Positions 46,434-58,303 of a DNA stretch of 64,000 nucleotides are shown one piece after another; the first letter of the stretch is position 1; every line of letters begins with the position of its first letter. The translations under genes were made by a program, and so were the position numbers. Under the pieces are notes generated by a model. The model made no database searches and was not told the DNA's origin. It saw nothing but the letters and a program-made list of their open reading frames with translations. The DNA is from an uncultured Anaeroplasmatales bacterium (GTDB lineage: Bacteria; Bacillota_I; Bacilli_A; Acholeplasmatales; JAEDCM01), in contig CAZWLD010000005.1 of assembly GCA_964634685.1 (NCBI GenBank), positions 3,624 to 67,623 on the forward strand, given 5' to 3'.

Positions 46434-47121
46434 TCAATTCCCCCTTAAAAACTAATTTAACCTTACCAGATAGAAAAACCTTTTTATCTTCATAAAGCAA
46501 AGCCGCATCATTATCAAAATAAACAGTCGCCATATTACAGATTAATCCTAAGCTTCGTAAAACCAAAAAGGCCGCGCCGGCGCCACTTCCGCAAGCCTTG
46601 GTAAATCCAACTCCCCGCTCGCAGGTTTTGATTTGAAAAGCTTTTTGATTATATACATTGACAAAATCAATATTCACATTTAGAAGCATTACATTATTTA
46701 AATTACAGAAATCTTCGTTAAATGTAATGATATGCGGAACACCTAATTCGATATAATAATTATCACCCTTTTTTTGATAATTTTTCCCTTCGCCTAAAGC
46801 TACCGTAACTAAATTATTCTTAATTAAGCATTGCTTTTCTTCATTATTAACGATAACATTAAATTTTGTTTCCTTTGTTTTTAAATAATGATGATAAGCA
46901 AATATTCTTAAGCCATTGCCACACATTTTAGCATTACTACCATCTTTATTAAAAATTTTCATTTCTAAGGGATTGTTTAAGTATACAATAAGCCCATCTG
47001 CGCCAATTGAATAGTGCTCCTGGCATAGTTTTTGGGATAATTCTTGATAATCTTCAAAATAATCCTCAATTAAAATGAAATCATTTCCTGATGCTTCATA
47101 TTTATAAAAAATAAATATCAC
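46423..47121 (-). CDS. dapF: diaminopimelate epimerase (short form)
   Basis: [11 protein letters not shown]-terminus and both catalytic Cys motifs ([16 protein letters not shown]). It seems shorter than DapF proteins I recall. Confidence 0.75.
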   Translation of the reverse strand: MIFIFYKYEASGNDFILIEDYFEDYQELSQKLCQEHYSIGADGLIVYLNNPLEMKIFNKDGSNAKMCGNGLRIFAYHHYLKTKETKFNVIVNNEEKQCLIKNNLVTVALGEGKNYQKKGDNYYIELGVPHIITFNEDFCNLNNVMLLNVNIDFVNVYNQKAFQIKTCERGVGFTKACGSGAGAAFLVLRSLGLICNMATVYFDNDAALLYEDKKVFLSGKVKLVFKGELIDG

Positions 47122-47186
47122 CTAATTAATTATAAAAAAAAGAAAGAAACTTTATGCTTAAAAAATTTCTTTCTTTATTAAAAATG

Positions 47187-47885
47187 CTAAAGCCTTATTT
47201 TTTTCTTTTGTGATCTATAAACCATTCTTTTTAAAATAAAGCGGGGAATGAAAATATGAAAATAATAAACAAGCTTGACCTTAAAGCCAACAATTATTTT
47301 TCTTCTGCCCTTAAGCATTTTATCAATTGCTTTTTTCGCTACCATTTTCGGATCATAAGCATTTTTATCATCCTTAGCGTTAAGGCGATGATTGAATTCA
47401 GTTTTTAAGGGACCAATAATTAAGTAAGAAATATTTCTCTTTGGATATTCATCAATTAAATTTTTTGTATATGTTGAGACAAAGTTCTTCGATGAATAAT
47501 ATAAATTAACATAATTTCCCGGCAAATTAGCGCCAATTGATGAAACATTCAATAAATACTTGATTTGATTTTTTAAAAAATATTCGGATAAAGCAACTAA
47601 AGCCTTGATATTAACATCAATAATGGATTTATCTTCATCCGCACTTAAGCCTAAATAGCCAATCCCCGCATTGTTTATTATTATTGAAATCTCATAATTA
47701 TCCAAAATAGAGATTAGCTTATCTAAATCCTTAGCTAAATCGATATTTAAATAAATCATTTCATTGAGAAATGAATCAGTAAATTCTCTTCTCCCAATAA
47801 TAATTGTTTTATAACCTAAGAAATCAAGATAATGAGCCATTTCCAAGCCGAGGCCGGATGTACCTCCGGTAATTAGGGCATACAT
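47187..47885 (-). CDS. SDR-family oxidoreductase
   Basis: TGGTSGLG cofactor motif, NNAG and YxxxK (YYSSK). Confidence 0.75.
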   Translation of the reverse strand: MYALITGGTSGLGLEMAHYLDFLGYKTIIIGRREFTDSFLNEMIYLNIDLAKDLDKLISILDNYEISIIINNAGIGYLGLSADEDKSIIDVNIKALVALSEYFLKNQIKYLLNVSSIGANLPGNYVNLYYSSKNFVSTYTKNLIDEYPKRNISYLIIGPLKTEFNHRLNAKDDKNAYDPKMVAKKAIDKMLKGRRKIIVGFKVKLVYYFHIFIPRFILKRMVYRSQKKKIRL

Positions 47886-49180
47886 CAGCGGATAATTTTA
47901 AGAATTAAGGCATCATTAGACGGGGTATCAGAAATTGTATAAGCCTTAATTACTTCATCGTTTGTTTCATTAACCGGGCCATTAGCATATAAATAAGCTA
48001 GCGGTTCATTTTTCAAAACCTTGTCTCCAAGCTTTTTATTTAAAATAATTCCAACCTCTGGATCAATTGTATCCTCTTTGGTTTTGCGTCCGGCCCCAAG
48101 CTTCATTGCACAAAGACCAATTCCCAAAGCATCAATATGGGAAACATAACCAGCGGTAGGACTTAAAACGGCAATTACATTTTTGGCCTTTGGAAAATTA
48201 TTTGGATCTTGGATATATGATATATCTCCACCCTGAGCCTTAACCATTTCTATTAATTTTTCTAAAGCCTTACCATTATTAATGTTTTCTTCTAGCATTG
48301 CACGAGCGGTATCAAGATTATCTGTAACCTTAGCGTCTACTACTAAATAGCTACCAATCGTAAGACATAAATCTAATAAATCCTTCGGTCCTTGTCCCTT
48401 GAGCGTATTGATGGCTTCGATAACCTCTAAGGAATTACCAATCGCACAGCCTAAGGGTTGATCCATATCGGTTAGAATAGCGGTCATATGGCGTCCACAA
48501 TTATTTCCAATATTAACCATTAGGTTAGCTAATTTCGTGGCGTCATCAATATTTTTCATAAAGGCTCCACTTCCAACCTTAACATCAAGGCAAATCGCAT
48601 TTGAGCCTGAGGCTAGCTTCTTGGACATAATCGAAGACGCAATCAAAGGAATTGATGGAACCGTTCCGGTGACGTCTCTTAAGGCATAAAGCTTCTTATC
48701 GGCAGGAGTAAGGTTTCCGGTTTGTCCAATAACCGCTAAGCCGATTTTGTTAACCTGATTAATAAATTCTTCATTCGATAAATTAATATTAAAGCCCTTA
48801 ATCGATTCAAGCTTATCAAGAGTACCACCAGTGTGGCCTAAGCCCCTACCACTCATTTTCGCAAATTTTATACCTAAAGATGCGACCATTGGCGCTAAAA
48901 CTAAGGTTGTTTTGTCGCCGACACCGCCGGTAGAATGCTTATCGACCTTGACTCCTTCAATTTTTGATAAATCAATTTGATCGCCCGAATTTAGCATCGC
49001 AATGGCGAGATTTGTCGATTCCTCATCGGTCATTCCTTGAAAATAAACTGCCATCGCAAAGGCTGACATTTGATAATCAGGAATCGTGTTATTGGTATAC
49101 CCTTCAATAATAAAAGCGATTTCTTCCTTGGTTAAGATTCCCCCATCTCGTTTCTTTTCAATTAAATCAACCATTCGCAT
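47885..49180 (-). CDS. pdp: pyrimidine-nucleoside (thymidine) phosphorylase
   Basis: [16 protein letters not shown] and [16 protein letters not shown] motifs, 431 aa. Confidence 0.9.
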   Translation of the reverse strand: MRMVDLIEKKRDGGILTKEEIAFIIEGYTNNTIPDYQMSAFAMAVYFQGMTDEESTNLAIAMLNSGDQIDLSKIEGVKVDKHSTGGVGDKTTLVLAPMVASLGIKFAKMSGRGLGHTGGTLDKLESIKGFNINLSNEEFINQVNKIGLAVIGQTGNLTPADKKLYALRDVTGTVPSIPLIASSIMSKKLASGSNAICLDVKVGSGAFMKNIDDATKLANLMVNIGNNCGRHMTAILTDMDQPLGCAIGNSLEVIEAINTLKGQGPKDLLDLCLTIGSYLVVDAKVTDNLDTARAMLEENINNGKALEKLIEMVKAQGGDISYIQDPNNFPKAKNVIAVLSPTAGYVSHIDALGIGLCAMKLGAGRKTKEDTIDPEVGIILNKKLGDKVLKNEPLAYLYANGPVNETNDEVIKAYTISDTPSNDALILKIIR

Positions 49181-49193
49181 AAAAATTACCTCC

Positions 49194-51503
49194 TTATTTC
49201 TTAAAATTTTTTATTTCTTGTTTTATTTTTACAATGTCATTTATGATAACCCGATTACTCCATTCCTTGGGCATTAGACTCCGATATTTTGGCAAATTAA
49301 AACGCGAATCAAACAAAATAGCAACTCCTTGATCATCTTCGGTCCTGATAACTCTTCCGACCGCTTGGACAACCTTGGTGAAGCCCGGGTAGGTATATGC
49401 ATAATTAAAGCCATCATTTAAAGCTTTATCAAAATGCTCAACTAATAAATTATTGACCTCATTAATCATCGGAAGACCAACACTCACAATTAAAACACCA
49501 CTTAGCATATCGCCAATGTAGTCAATTCCTTCGGAAAAGCTTCCACCCATTACAAAAAAACCAACCTGCGTTTTTTCATTATTATTAAAAAGATTTAAAG
49601 TGTTCTTTCGTTCCTCTGAAGTCATATCTTTACTTTGAATAATAATATCGTATTTAGAATCCTTAATATTATTATACACCAAATTTAAGTATTCGTATGA
49701 AGGAAAAAAGACAATATAATTACCTTTTTTATAGGAAATTAAGGCTTCGATCGTCTCAATGATGCTAGAAACGGAGGATTGGCGGCTTTGATATTTTGTT
49801 GAAACATCATTTTTAACAATCATCTTCAATTGATTTTGATCAAAGGGGGAAGGGATAATAATGCTTTCGCCAACATTTTTGGTTATAAGCATTTTGTAAT
49901 AATCCAAGGGATACATCGTTGCGCTAAAAAAAACCGTTCCAAAGGCTCGTTGTTTAATTGTTTGTAAGATAAATTCACTGGCATCAAGGCAAGAGATTTT
50001 GACAACGCAGTCATCCTTGTATTCCAAAATAAAGCGAAAATTTTCATTGTAAAAGCCGGCAATTTTATTGAAGCGATTAAGATCAAAATAAATGCTCATC
50101 GCTTCATTTCTTCCCTTAAATTCGACATTTTCCTTAAAAATAGTTTCAAGCTTACTTGTTAGACGATGGGTTAATTCTAAAAAATCTGAGGAAAGATCAT
50201 CATCACAATAAAACTCCGGATAATCATTTCTTTCGCCGAATTTATCGAGATAATCAATGATATCCTTGATTGCCTTGCGGCTTGATGGTTTGATACTAGA
50301 AAGGATTTTTCGTAAAGAAATTAAGCTTTCCTTTTTTATTTCCGCACTATACATATCCTTACTGCGCGAAACAAGATTATGGGCCTCATCTACTAATAAA
50401 ATCGGCTTATAGGTATCATCATCAAAATAACGAATTAAATGCGTTCTGGGACAAAAGGCATAATTATAATCCGCCACAATAATATCGGCATAATATGATA
50501 AATCAAGAGAAAACTCAAAGGGACATATCTGATATTTGATGGCTATTTGGGTAATATTTTCATAATTCCAAATATCTTGATTGTCATAAATTTCTCTTAT
50601 CGCCTCATGAAGATGATTATAATAATCCTTCATATATGGGCAAACATTGATATCGCAATTTCTTTCCTCTAATAAACATGATTTATCCTTATTGGAAAGC
50701 TCAATTGTTTTCGCCATTAAGCCCTTTTCCTTTAAAATCTCCATCGCATTTAGGGCAACTTCCTTTAATAAGCTTTTCGAGGTTAAATAAAAAATCTTGT
50801 TTTCTTTTTTTATTGATTTTAAAGCCGAATAAATTGTCGCCATTGTTTTTCCGATTCCCGTCGGAGCGATAGCATATAAAATATCATTATCCATAATCGT
50901 GCAATAAACATATTTCATAAATTCCCGTTGTCCTTTTCGATAGGTTGGAAAAGGGAAGGTTAGCTCTTCAATAGTTTTTCGCATTTTTATTCCTTGATCA
51001 TCGAGCTTAATTAACCATTCAAGATATAAAAACAACGAATCATAAAAGAATTTTTCCATCTCCTCATAATCAAAATGAAAATCAAAGCTTTTCGTTTCAT
51101 AATTATCAATGGAAATATAGGTAAGGCGGGCATCGATACTATCAATCATCTTCTCCTGCATATATAAATAGCAATACATCTTGAGCTGAGCTAAATGCTC
51201 ATGATGAGTAATTTCTTTGAATTCTAAAACATTGTAATGTGAGGATTTTATTTCCTCAAGCAAGCTGCCATTGTTTAAAACACCATCGATATAGCCCTTG
51301 ATTGTGACATTACAACCTAGGGCCTCAATTCTTTCGCGGACATAATATTCCTTAATATCCGTTTCCTTGTATTTTCCTTGTAAATAGCGATGGGCTTCAC
51401 TTCCCGCCTGGGGATCGGAATTTTGGAAGGTATCCTGCGATAAATCACCGCTACTATATAAATAATAAGCCATTTCCTTAACGGCTATATCGAGTTCCTT
51501 CAT
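49194..51503 (-). CDS. XPD/DinG-family helicase fused to an N-terminal PD-(D/E)XK (Cas4/RecB-like) nuclease domain
   Basis: N-terminus has IDGV...LEEIKS...QLKMYCYL (D..ExK..QxxxY). Helicase Walker A APTGIGKT, a 4-Cys insertion (C-x7-C-x4-C...C, FeS type) and DEAH box VDEAHNL. Confidence 0.8.
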   Translation of the reverse strand: MKELDIAVKEMAYYLYSSGDLSQDTFQNSDPQAGSEAHRYLQGKYKETDIKEYYVRERIEALGCNVTIKGYIDGVLNNGSLLEEIKSSHYNVLEFKEITHHEHLAQLKMYCYLYMQEKMIDSIDARLTYISIDNYETKSFDFHFDYEEMEKFFYDSLFLYLEWLIKLDDQGIKMRKTIEELTFPFPTYRKGQREFMKYVYCTIMDNDILYAIAPTGIGKTMATIYSALKSIKKENKIFYLTSKSLLKEVALNAMEILKEKGLMAKTIELSNKDKSCLLEERNCDINVCPYMKDYYNHLHEAIREIYDNQDIWNYENITQIAIKYQICPFEFSLDLSYYADIIVADYNYAFCPRTHLIRYFDDDTYKPILLVDEAHNLVSRSKDMYSAEIKKESLISLRKILSSIKPSSRKAIKDIIDYLDKFGERNDYPEFYCDDDLSSDFLELTHRLTSKLETIFKENVEFKGRNEAMSIYFDLNRFNKIAGFYNENFRFILEYKDDCVVKISCLDASEFILQTIKQRAFGTVFFSATMYPLDYYKMLITKNVGESIIIPSPFDQNQLKMIVKNDVSTKYQSRQSSVSSIIETIEALISYKKGNYIVFFPSYEYLNLVYNNIKDSKYDIIIQSKDMTSEERKNTLNLFNNNEKTQVGFFVMGGSFSEGIDYIGDMLSGVLIVSVGLPMINEVNNLLVEHFDKALNDGFNYAYTYPGFTKVVQAVGRVIRTEDDQGVAILFDSRFNLPKYRSLMPKEWSNRVIINDIVKIKQEIKNFKK

Positions 51504-51532
51504 CTAATTCATCTCCTTTAAATAAAAAGCCC

Positions 51533-52309
51533 TTAAAGGGCACTATTAACGATTTCAAACACCTTTTCACCAAGCTCGTGCGTGTTTAGATTTTCATATT
51601 CGTCACATAAAATTGGTTTATGAATAATGCATTTTACATTCGTTCGACGAAGTGGTGCTCGTTCTTTGATTTTGGTCATACCAACTAAGGTAACCGGAAT
51701 GACAGGTGCCTTTGGCTTCATCGCAAGCTTGTAAGCTCCAGCCTTGATATCCATCATATGCTCATCTGTTCGCGATTTAATTCCACCTTCAGGAAAGATT
51801 ATCATCGACATTCCTGATTTGATGAGCTTTATTCCGTTGATAATTGAGACAGCCGCCTCCCGATCACTTTCACGATTTAGGGCAAGACAGCCAATTGTCT
51901 CCATATATTTTCCAACCAAAGGAATATTAAAATTCTCAGGCTTGGAAATAAAGGCTGTTGGTCTTCTTAGCATTGTAAATAAAACTAAAATATCAACATA
52001 TGATTTATGATTAGGAAATAAAACAAAGGGACCATCCGGAATATTTTCTAAGCCTTCGTACTTAGGATGAACGTTGATGAAAAACAACCCAACCCGAAGT
52101 AAGCTTCTAATATAGGCATGCTTAAAGCGATTATCAACCTTTGTATGCTTACAAATCGGAATCATAATTAAAATAATTAGAAAAATTGTAATGGCATCAA
52201 GTAAAATTGCAATTAAAATATTAATGGGAATTGCCCATAAATAGGTCAATATTAAAAATTGAAACAAACTAAAATATGAAACTAAAAAAACAAATAATAA
52301 TATACCCAT
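51533..52309 (-). CDS. plsC: 1-acyl-sn-glycerol-3-phosphate acyltransferase
   Basis: HX4D motif NHKSYVD and the FPEGG motif. The ATG at 52309 follows GAAAGGAAG, one base after the folA stop. Confidence 0.8.
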   Translation of the reverse strand: MGILLFVFLVSYFSLFQFLILTYLWAIPINILIAILLDAITIFLIILIMIPICKHTKVDNRFKHAYIRSLLRVGLFFINVHPKYEGLENIPDGPFVLFPNHKSYVDILVLFTMLRRPTAFISKPENFNIPLVGKYMETIGCLALNRESDREAAVSIINGIKLIKSGMSMIIFPEGGIKSRTDEHMMDIKAGAYKLAMKPKAPVIPVTLVGMTKIKERAPLRRTNVKCIIHKPILCDEYENLNTHELGEKVFEIVNSAL

Positions 52310-52310
52310 C

Positions 52311-52784
52311 TTATTTCTTCCTTTCATAAACGGCAAAGGTCAATTCCCCCGATACGGTCGCGCTCACCTTGATAAAATCATTGTAATCGAAGGCTGGAAA
52401 ATAGGTATCACCCTCGTATTCCTTATCAATATGCGTAATATAAAGCTTATCGGCATAAGGAAGAGCATATTTATAGACGGTTGCGCCACCAATGACAAAG
52501 ATTTCTTCTTCATGCGGAGCCTTTAGAAAAGCCTCCAAATCATAAACCATTTCACAATCATCAAAGGATAAATCCTTGATGGTCGCAACATAATGCTTAC
52601 TATTGGGAAATTTCTTTCCATTTCGATAACCTAAAATGGATAAATAGGTATTATCACCAAGTAAAATCGGGTGGTTTTTAATTTTTTCACGGAAATATTT
52701 TAAATCCTCCTTGTAATGCCAAGGAAGCTCATTGTTTTTTCCAATCAGATTGTTTTTATCCATCGCCCAAATTAATGAAATCAT
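52311..52784 (-). CDS. folA: dihydrofolate reductase
   Basis: [16 protein letters not shown] and VIGGATVY motifs. Its start overlaps the thyA stop by 4 nt. Confidence 0.85.
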   Translation of the reverse strand: MISLIWAMDKNNLIGKNNELPWHYKEDLKYFREKIKNHPILLGDNTYLSILGYRNGKKFPNSKHYVATIKDLSFDDCEMVYDLEAFLKAPHEEEIFVIGGATVYKYALPYADKLYITHIDKEYEGDTYFPAFDYNDFIKVSATVSGELTFAVYERKK

Positions 52785-53647
52785 ACTGACACTTCTCCTT
52801 TGATTGATTTATGTGGGTTGTAATCGACAACCTCAAAATCCTCATATTTAAAATCAAAAATAGATTTGACATTCGGATTGATAATCATTTTTGGCAATGG
52901 TCTTGGTTCTCTTGTTAGCTGAAGCTTGATTTGCTCAACGTGATTTAGATAAATGTGGGCATCACCAATTGTATGAACAAAATCACCTAATTCAAAGCCA
53001 CAAACCTGCGCAATCATCATTGTTAATAAAGAATAAGAGGCAATATTGAAGGGAACACCTAAGAAGATATCTGCACTTCTTTGATATAATTGACATGATA
53101 ATTTGTTATTAACAACATAAAATTGCATAAAGCAATGACATGGTGGTAAAGCCATATCATCAACCTCCATCGGATTCCAGGCTGAAACAATATGACGACG
53201 CGAATCGGGATTATTTTTCAAGCCTTCAATCAATTTAGCAATTTGATCAACGCCACCAAAATTACGCCATTGATGACCATAAACTGGACCTAAATTGCCC
53301 CATTTTTGGGCGAATTCAGCGGATTCCTTAATTTTACCAACGAATTCCTCTAAGGTTTCTCCTTGAAATTCACTACTTTTTTTATAAGCCTCATAAGGCC
53401 ATTCATTCCAGATTTTTACATCATTATCAACTAAATATTTAATATTCGTATCTCCCTTTAAAAACCATAAAAGCTCATGAATTATCGGTCGACGATATAC
53501 TCTTTTAGTGGTCAATAAAGGAAATCCTTCGTTTAGGTTAAAGCGCATTTGATAACCAAAATAGCTAATGGTTCCGGTTCCTGTACGATCGGTTTTCATA
53601 ACTCCGTTTTCCAAAACAAAGCGGCACATATCTAAATATTGCTTCAT
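52781..53647 (-). CDS. thyA: thymidylate synthase
   Basis: DRTGTGT, LPPCH (catalytic Cys), QRSAD and GDAHIY motifs. Likely start is MKQYLD at 53647. Confidence 0.95.
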   Translation of the reverse strand: MKQYLDMCRFVLENGVMKTDRTGTGTISYFGYQMRFNLNEGFPLLTTKRVYRRPIIHELLWFLKGDTNIKYLVDNDVKIWNEWPYEAYKKSSEFQGETLEEFVGKIKESAEFAQKWGNLGPVYGHQWRNFGGVDQIAKLIEGLKNNPDSRRHIVSAWNPMEVDDMALPPCHCFMQFYVVNNKLSCQLYQRSADIFLGVPFNIASYSLLTMMIAQVCGFELGDFVHTIGDAHIYLNHVEQIKLQLTREPRPLPKMIINPNVKSIFDFKYEDFEVVDYNPHKSIKGEVSV

Positions 53648-53744
53648 AAAAAAACACATCCTTCACATTAATAATTTATAACATATTTTATTATAAATAT
53701 CAACAAAATTCCTCTCCTTATCGCTTGTTAAGGTAAGCATTTAA

Positions 53745-53775
53745 TAAAAAAAGCCCTAGTTGATAAACTAAGGCT
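53745..53775 (-). terminator. intrinsic terminator of ssb
   Basis: AGCCCTAGT (53752-53760) pairs with ACTAAGGCT (53767-53775) at 8 of 9 bp, followed on the minus strand by a T-run. Confidence 0.55.
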
Positions 53776-53806
53776 TAGGCTTATGTATGTGATACTACGA
53801 ATTTTT

Positions 53807-54142
53807 TTATTTTTCTTTGTCTTGTAAATTGATAAAGAAGATTTGATCAGCGTAGACTTCGAGGATAGACATGCTTTTCTCTTCTCCTAAATCAAGCTTG
53901 CGAGTCGCAATTCGACCCTTGACACCAATGGTTGAACCCTTAGTGCAGTATTGTTGAGCGGTTTCAGCGTAGCCTTGCCAAACTGTAACCTTGATAAAAT
54001 CGGTCTCGTATTCGCCTGTTTCTCCATTTTTAAAGGGTCTATTGACAGCCATTGTCATTTCACAAAAGACTTTTCCATCATTTGTATTTTTGATCGTTGG
54101 TTCAGCGCAAACACGTCCGAATAATAAAACTTGATTAAACAT
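53807..54142 (-). CDS. ssb: single-stranded DNA-binding protein lacking the acidic C-terminal tail (SsbB-like)
   Basis: OB-fold N-terminus MFNQVLLFGRV...FIKVTVWQG.AE, about 111 aa from the ATG at 54142 (GAAAGGAG upstream). It ends ...INLQDKEK with no DDD(I/L)PF tip. Confidence 0.8.
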   Translation of the reverse strand: MFNQVLLFGRVCAEPTIKNTNDGKVFCEMTMAVNRPFKNGETGEYETDFIKVTVWQGYAETAQQYCTKGSTIGVKGRIATRKLDLGEEKSMSILEVYADQIFFINLQDKEK

Positions 54143-54292
54143 ATTAGCTCCTTTCTTCTTTTTCACCGGTGTAATTTAAGTATAAAGAAATTTTTATTTT
54201 TAAACAAATTGCAAAATAAAGATAAAAATAATGTTTATCAAAAAAAAGAGGCTCCTTTTAAGCCTCTTTTTCAAAAATAATATTTAAAATAT

Positions 54293-55615
54293 TTATTGAT
54301 TTTTTTCTTCTTCGATCATTTTATCATTTTCATCTTCATTTGGTAAAACAACTAAAAAGGATATGTTTTCTTTCTTAATCAATTTTATCAATCCATAAAT
54401 ATCATCGATTGTAATTTCATTAAAGACCTCATTGATGATGAACATATCAAGGTCCATAAATTTGTACCTTGTAAAAATATTCGCAATCGCCTCAAGATTA
54501 TTGAAAACCTTGATATAGGACCCAGCCAAGGTTTTCTTTAAACGATTAAACTGCTCGATATCAACCACAAATTCATCTAAGGAATAAAAAATTCGCTTTA
54601 GCTCAAGATATAGCTCCATTGGATAGCGAGTTTCCGCATCACCAATAATTAAATTAAACCCTTTAAGATTCGTAATATCAATACTAAAATTATCGTTAAC
54701 GTATTTTTTTTCAATCAAATCATAAAAAAGAGTTGAGCTTGTGCCAAATAAAAGCTCCGTCAAAATATTAATTGAAAACTCAAATTTCATTTGTTCCTTC
54801 ATACCAAGCTCTAAGGCTGGTAAAATAATTCCATAATAGACCTTGGGAAAATGAGCATTGGTGTGGATTATTTCCAAATTTTTATTTACCCTTAGATCAT
54901 ATTTGGGTCGATTTTTGATGATTTGACTTTGATCGTATTCCTTAAATTTAAACTCATGAACGACCTTCATTGCTTCCCTTAAATCAAAATTACCGACGAA
55001 AAAGGCTATCATATTGGAAGGTCGATAAAAGGCATCATAGCACTTATATAAATCTTCCTTGGTTATTTGTTCAATATCTTCTATATCTCCGGCAATATCG
55101 ATTAATATTGGGTGATGATGAAACATATTTTTTAAGAGGACCTTACGATTTTTTTCATCCGGGTCATCCTGATACATTTTTATTTCTTCTTCGATAATTC
55201 CTTTTTCCTTCATCACTGATTCATCGGTAAAATAGGGGGTAAAAACAAAATCAAATAAAGCCTTTAATGCCTCATTAAAATTACTTGTCGAACTAAATAG
55301 ATAGCTTGTTCGGTCATATGAGGTAAAGGCATTAGCGTTCGCTCCAAGCTTATTCATTTCTTCATAGGCATCAGTCCCATCAGGCATATCAAATAGCTTA
55401 TGCTCAAGATAATGCGCAATGCCGTTTGGGGAAGTAAAGCGTACGTCATTTATCGTAAAGCTCGTATCAAAGGATCCATAATTAATCGAAATACAAGCAT
55501 AGGCCTTATTGAATAATGGTTTTGGTAAATAATATACTTTCATACCATTATCGAGTGTTTCCTGATATAACGTCTCACCAATATTCGGGTAGCTCTTTTT
55601 TTCTAATTTTTCCAT
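54293..55615 (-). CDS. M16-family zinc peptidase (active subunit, YmfH-like)
   Basis: Inverted zinc motif HxxEH present (AHYLEH). 440 aa, abutting its partner gene. Confidence 0.8.
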   Translation of the reverse strand: MEKLEKKSYPNIGETLYQETLDNGMKVYYLPKPLFNKAYACISINYGSFDTSFTINDVRFTSPNGIAHYLEHKLFDMPDGTDAYEEMNKLGANANAFTSYDRTSYLFSSTSNFNEALKALFDFVFTPYFTDESVMKEKGIIEEEIKMYQDDPDEKNRKVLLKNMFHHHPILIDIAGDIEDIEQITKEDLYKCYDAFYRPSNMIAFFVGNFDLREAMKVVHEFKFKEYDQSQIIKNRPKYDLRVNKNLEIIHTNAHFPKVYYGIILPALELGMKEQMKFEFSINILTELLFGTSSTLFYDLIEKKYVNDNFSIDITNLKGFNLIIGDAETRYPMELYLELKRIFYSLDEFVVDIEQFNRLKKTLAGSYIKVFNNLEAIANIFTRYKFMDLDMFIINEVFNEITIDDIYGLIKLIKKENISFLVVLPNEDENDKMIEEEKNQ

Positions 55616-56872
55616 CTAATCTTCCCCCTTTAGCATATAAATTGTGTTCAAGGCTAAGCGATTAGCACAATCGATTACATCTTCTTTTGTGACCTTCAAA
55701 TATTCTAAAATAATATCATTAATATCACTTGAGCGATGATTAAGCTTGATAGCATAAACCAAATTGGCATTATTAAAGGGATTATCATCGCCCTCCTTCA
55801 AGGAATTGACAATCGAATTTTTGGCATATTGAAGCTCTAAATCGGTGAAATCACCTTTTTGAATAGCCTTAACCTGCTTAATAATTAAATCCAATGCCCT
55901 TTCAAAATTTTTCGGGTTGATGCCAGCATAAATATAGGCATAGCCATGAAAATTATTGAAATTACAATAAATGTTATAACAGAGCGAAGCCTTCTCCCGG
56001 ACATTCACAAATAGCTTTGAGCTTGGACAAAGTCCAAGGATTGAAGAAAGGGTATTATAGCTGTAAAAATCATTAAGCTTGAAAGGATAAAAATAGCCTA
56101 AATAAAGCTTTCCTTGATTAATGTCCTTATCTGTTTTGATGATTTTTTCAACATTAGTAACTTCTTTATCAATGACATGATAGGGATTAACTAAAGGATT
56201 ATAGCTTCGATAGCTAAATATTACTTCAATTAAATTTTTCATATCATCATCAATATCACCAGTAATGACGATATCAAGCATATCATTTTTGAGCATATTT
56301 TGATATTCTTGATATAAATTCTCTTCATCGATTTTTTCTAAATCCTCAATATATCCATAGGCGGGCATCGCAATATCTAAGCCTTTAAGCATTTCATTTA
56401 GAAATTCTTGCTTGGCTTTTATCTCCTTATTATCAAGTGAAGATTCGATTTCTTCCTTTAATAAGCGCTTTTCCTCAAGAACAATTTTTTTGTCAAAGGC
56501 ATTTTTGACGGTGATAGGATTAAAGATGATTTCGCGCAATAAATCTAGTGAATCTACAGTTAAAGTTTTATAATCAACATATTTTTGGTCAATAAAGGAC
56601 ATTGAAAATTGGATTAATGATGATTTCCCATAACGCGATGAAGCGACTGATATTGATAAGTCATATAAATCATCCGTTCGTAAGGATAATTTTTGTTTAT
56701 TGGGATAATTCTTCGTTCCCGCCTTTAAAACATACGGAATTAAAGCTCTTTTGGTGACATTTTCTCTTGTGAGCGAACCCAAAAATTTCACAGTAATCGC
56801 ATATGTTTTAAATTTATTGGTTTTGAATAAATGTAAATCATAGCCCAATTGATTAATTAATTCATATTCCAT
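55616..56872 (-). CDS. M16-family peptidase-like protein (non-catalytic subunit, YmfF-like)
   Basis: M16-like length and layout, but no HxxEH at the equivalent position (ALIPYVLKAG). Confidence 0.7.
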   Translation of the reverse strand: MEYELINQLGYDLHLFKTNKFKTYAITVKFLGSLTRENVTKRALIPYVLKAGTKNYPNKQKLSLRTDDLYDLSISVASSRYGKSSLIQFSMSFIDQKYVDYKTLTVDSLDLLREIIFNPITVKNAFDKKIVLEEKRLLKEEIESSLDNKEIKAKQEFLNEMLKGLDIAMPAYGYIEDLEKIDEENLYQEYQNMLKNDMLDIVITGDIDDDMKNLIEVIFSYRSYNPLVNPYHVIDKEVTNVEKIIKTDKDINQGKLYLGYFYPFKLNDFYSYNTLSSILGLCPSSKLFVNVREKASLCYNIYCNFNNFHGYAYIYAGINPKNFERALDLIIKQVKAIQKGDFTDLELQYAKNSIVNSLKEGDDNPFNNANLVYAIKLNHRSSDINDIILEYLKVTKEDVIDCANRLALNTIYMLKGED

Positions 56873-56928
56873 AAATATCTCCTTATCTATAGTATTATCG
56901 AAAAATCGAAAAAAATGCTAGTCAGCGA

Positions 56929-57645
56929 CTAGCATAATGCCATTTCTAAAGCAATCATCATCATATTAGTAAATGATTTTTGTCTTTCCTCCGATGTTGT
57001 AATTTCCGGATGGCAGAAGGAATCAGATACGGTTAATAAACAAGCAGCCTTCTTGCCTAGGGCCTTGGCATTGGCAAATAATGCGAAGGATTCCATTTCC
57101 ACAGCGCAACAGTTATGCTCTTCAAAAAGCTTTTTAAAATCGGTTCCGCCAATACGATAGAAAACATCGCTTGAGTGAATGATGCCCTTTGTTAGCTTAA
57201 TATCTAAAGATGACGCTATTTTTTCAAGCTCATCATTTAATTTCTTAGTCGCATATAAAACATCATCATCACAAAGATTCATCGTTTTAGCATAGCTTGA
57301 TTCACTGTAGGCACCTTCAACTAAAATGGTATCAAAAACATGAAGGCTTGGGTCATAGGCACCGCATGAGCCAATGCGGATGATGTTTTCAACACCATAA
57401 AAATTATAGAGCTCATAAGAATAAATTCCAATTGATGGCATTCCCATTCCACTTCCCATAACGGAAATTTTGTGTCCCTTGTAATATCCAGTATAGCCAA
57501 ACATATTACGAACATTATTGATTTTTTTAACATCAGTTAAAAAGGTTTTAGCGATGAATTCCGCTCTTAAGGGATCACCTGGCATCAAAACAGTTTTTGC
57601 AAATTCATCTTTATCTTTAACTTCAATATGAGGTGTAGGTATCAT
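56929..57645 (-). CDS. deoD: purine nucleoside phosphorylase, DeoD type
   Basis: PTPHI...[21 protein letters not shown] and EMES motifs. Confidence 0.85.
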   Translation of the reverse strand: MIPTPHIEVKDKDEFAKTVLMPGDPLRAEFIAKTFLTDVKKINNVRNMFGYTGYYKGHKISVMGSGMGMPSIGIYSYELYNFYGVENIIRIGSCGAYDPSLHVFDTILVEGAYSESSYAKTMNLCDDDVLYATKKLNDELEKIASSLDIKLTKGIIHSSDVFYRIGGTDFKKLFEEHNCCAVEMESFALFANAKALGKKAACLLTVSDSFCHPEITTSEERQKSFTNMMMIALEMALC

Positions 57646-58289
57646 TTTTCTTCTCCTTTAAGTAATTTTGTTCCATTGCTTGTGCCAATACGGGTTGCGC
57701 CAAGCTCAACATATTTTAAGAAATCCTCGCGCGTTTTAACGCCTCCACTTGCTTTTACGCCCATATCACCAACGGTTTTTTTCATAAGGGCAACATCGCT
57801 AAAATTGGCACCACTAGTTCCAAAGCCAGTTGATGTTTTAACGAAATCCGCTTTAGCGCGTTTAGCCGCAAGACAAACATTGACCTTTTCTTCATCGGTT
57901 AAATAGCAGGTTTCAATAATAACCTTAACAACATGAGCCCCGGCCACATCCTTAACCGCTTTAATTTCGTTAAAAATGTATTCGAAATTTCCCATCTTAG
58001 CTTGACCGATGTTGATAACCATATCAATTTCATCAGCGCCATCAAGTAAAGCCTGTTTCGTTTCAAAAACCTTCGTTTCTAGGGTATTAGCCCCTAAAGG
58101 GAAGCCAATTACTGTACAAACATCAACATTACTTCCTTTTAATAAGCTATATGCTAGTTTAACCCAAACTGGATTTATACATACACTAGCAAAATCATTT
58201 AAGATAGCCTCCTGGCATAGCTTTTCAATATCCTCTCTTGTCGCAAAGGCATTGAGCTTAGTGTGATCAATTAATTTACTTTCTTTCAT
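57642..58289 (-). CDS. deoC: deoxyribose-phosphate aldolase
   Basis: IDHT.L, catalytic-Lys context VKVIIET and [10 protein letters not shown]. Confidence 0.9.
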   Translation of the reverse strand: MKESKLIDHTKLNAFATREDIEKLCQEAILNDFASVCINPVWVKLAYSLLKGSNVDVCTVIGFPLGANTLETKVFETKQALLDGADEIDMVINIGQAKMGNFEYIFNEIKAVKDVAGAHVVKVIIETCYLTDEEKVNVCLAAKRAKADFVKTSTGFGTSGANFSDVALMKKTVGDMGVKASGGVKTREDFLKYVELGATRIGTSNGTKLLKGEEK

Positions 58290-58303
58290 TTATACCTTCC
58301 TTT

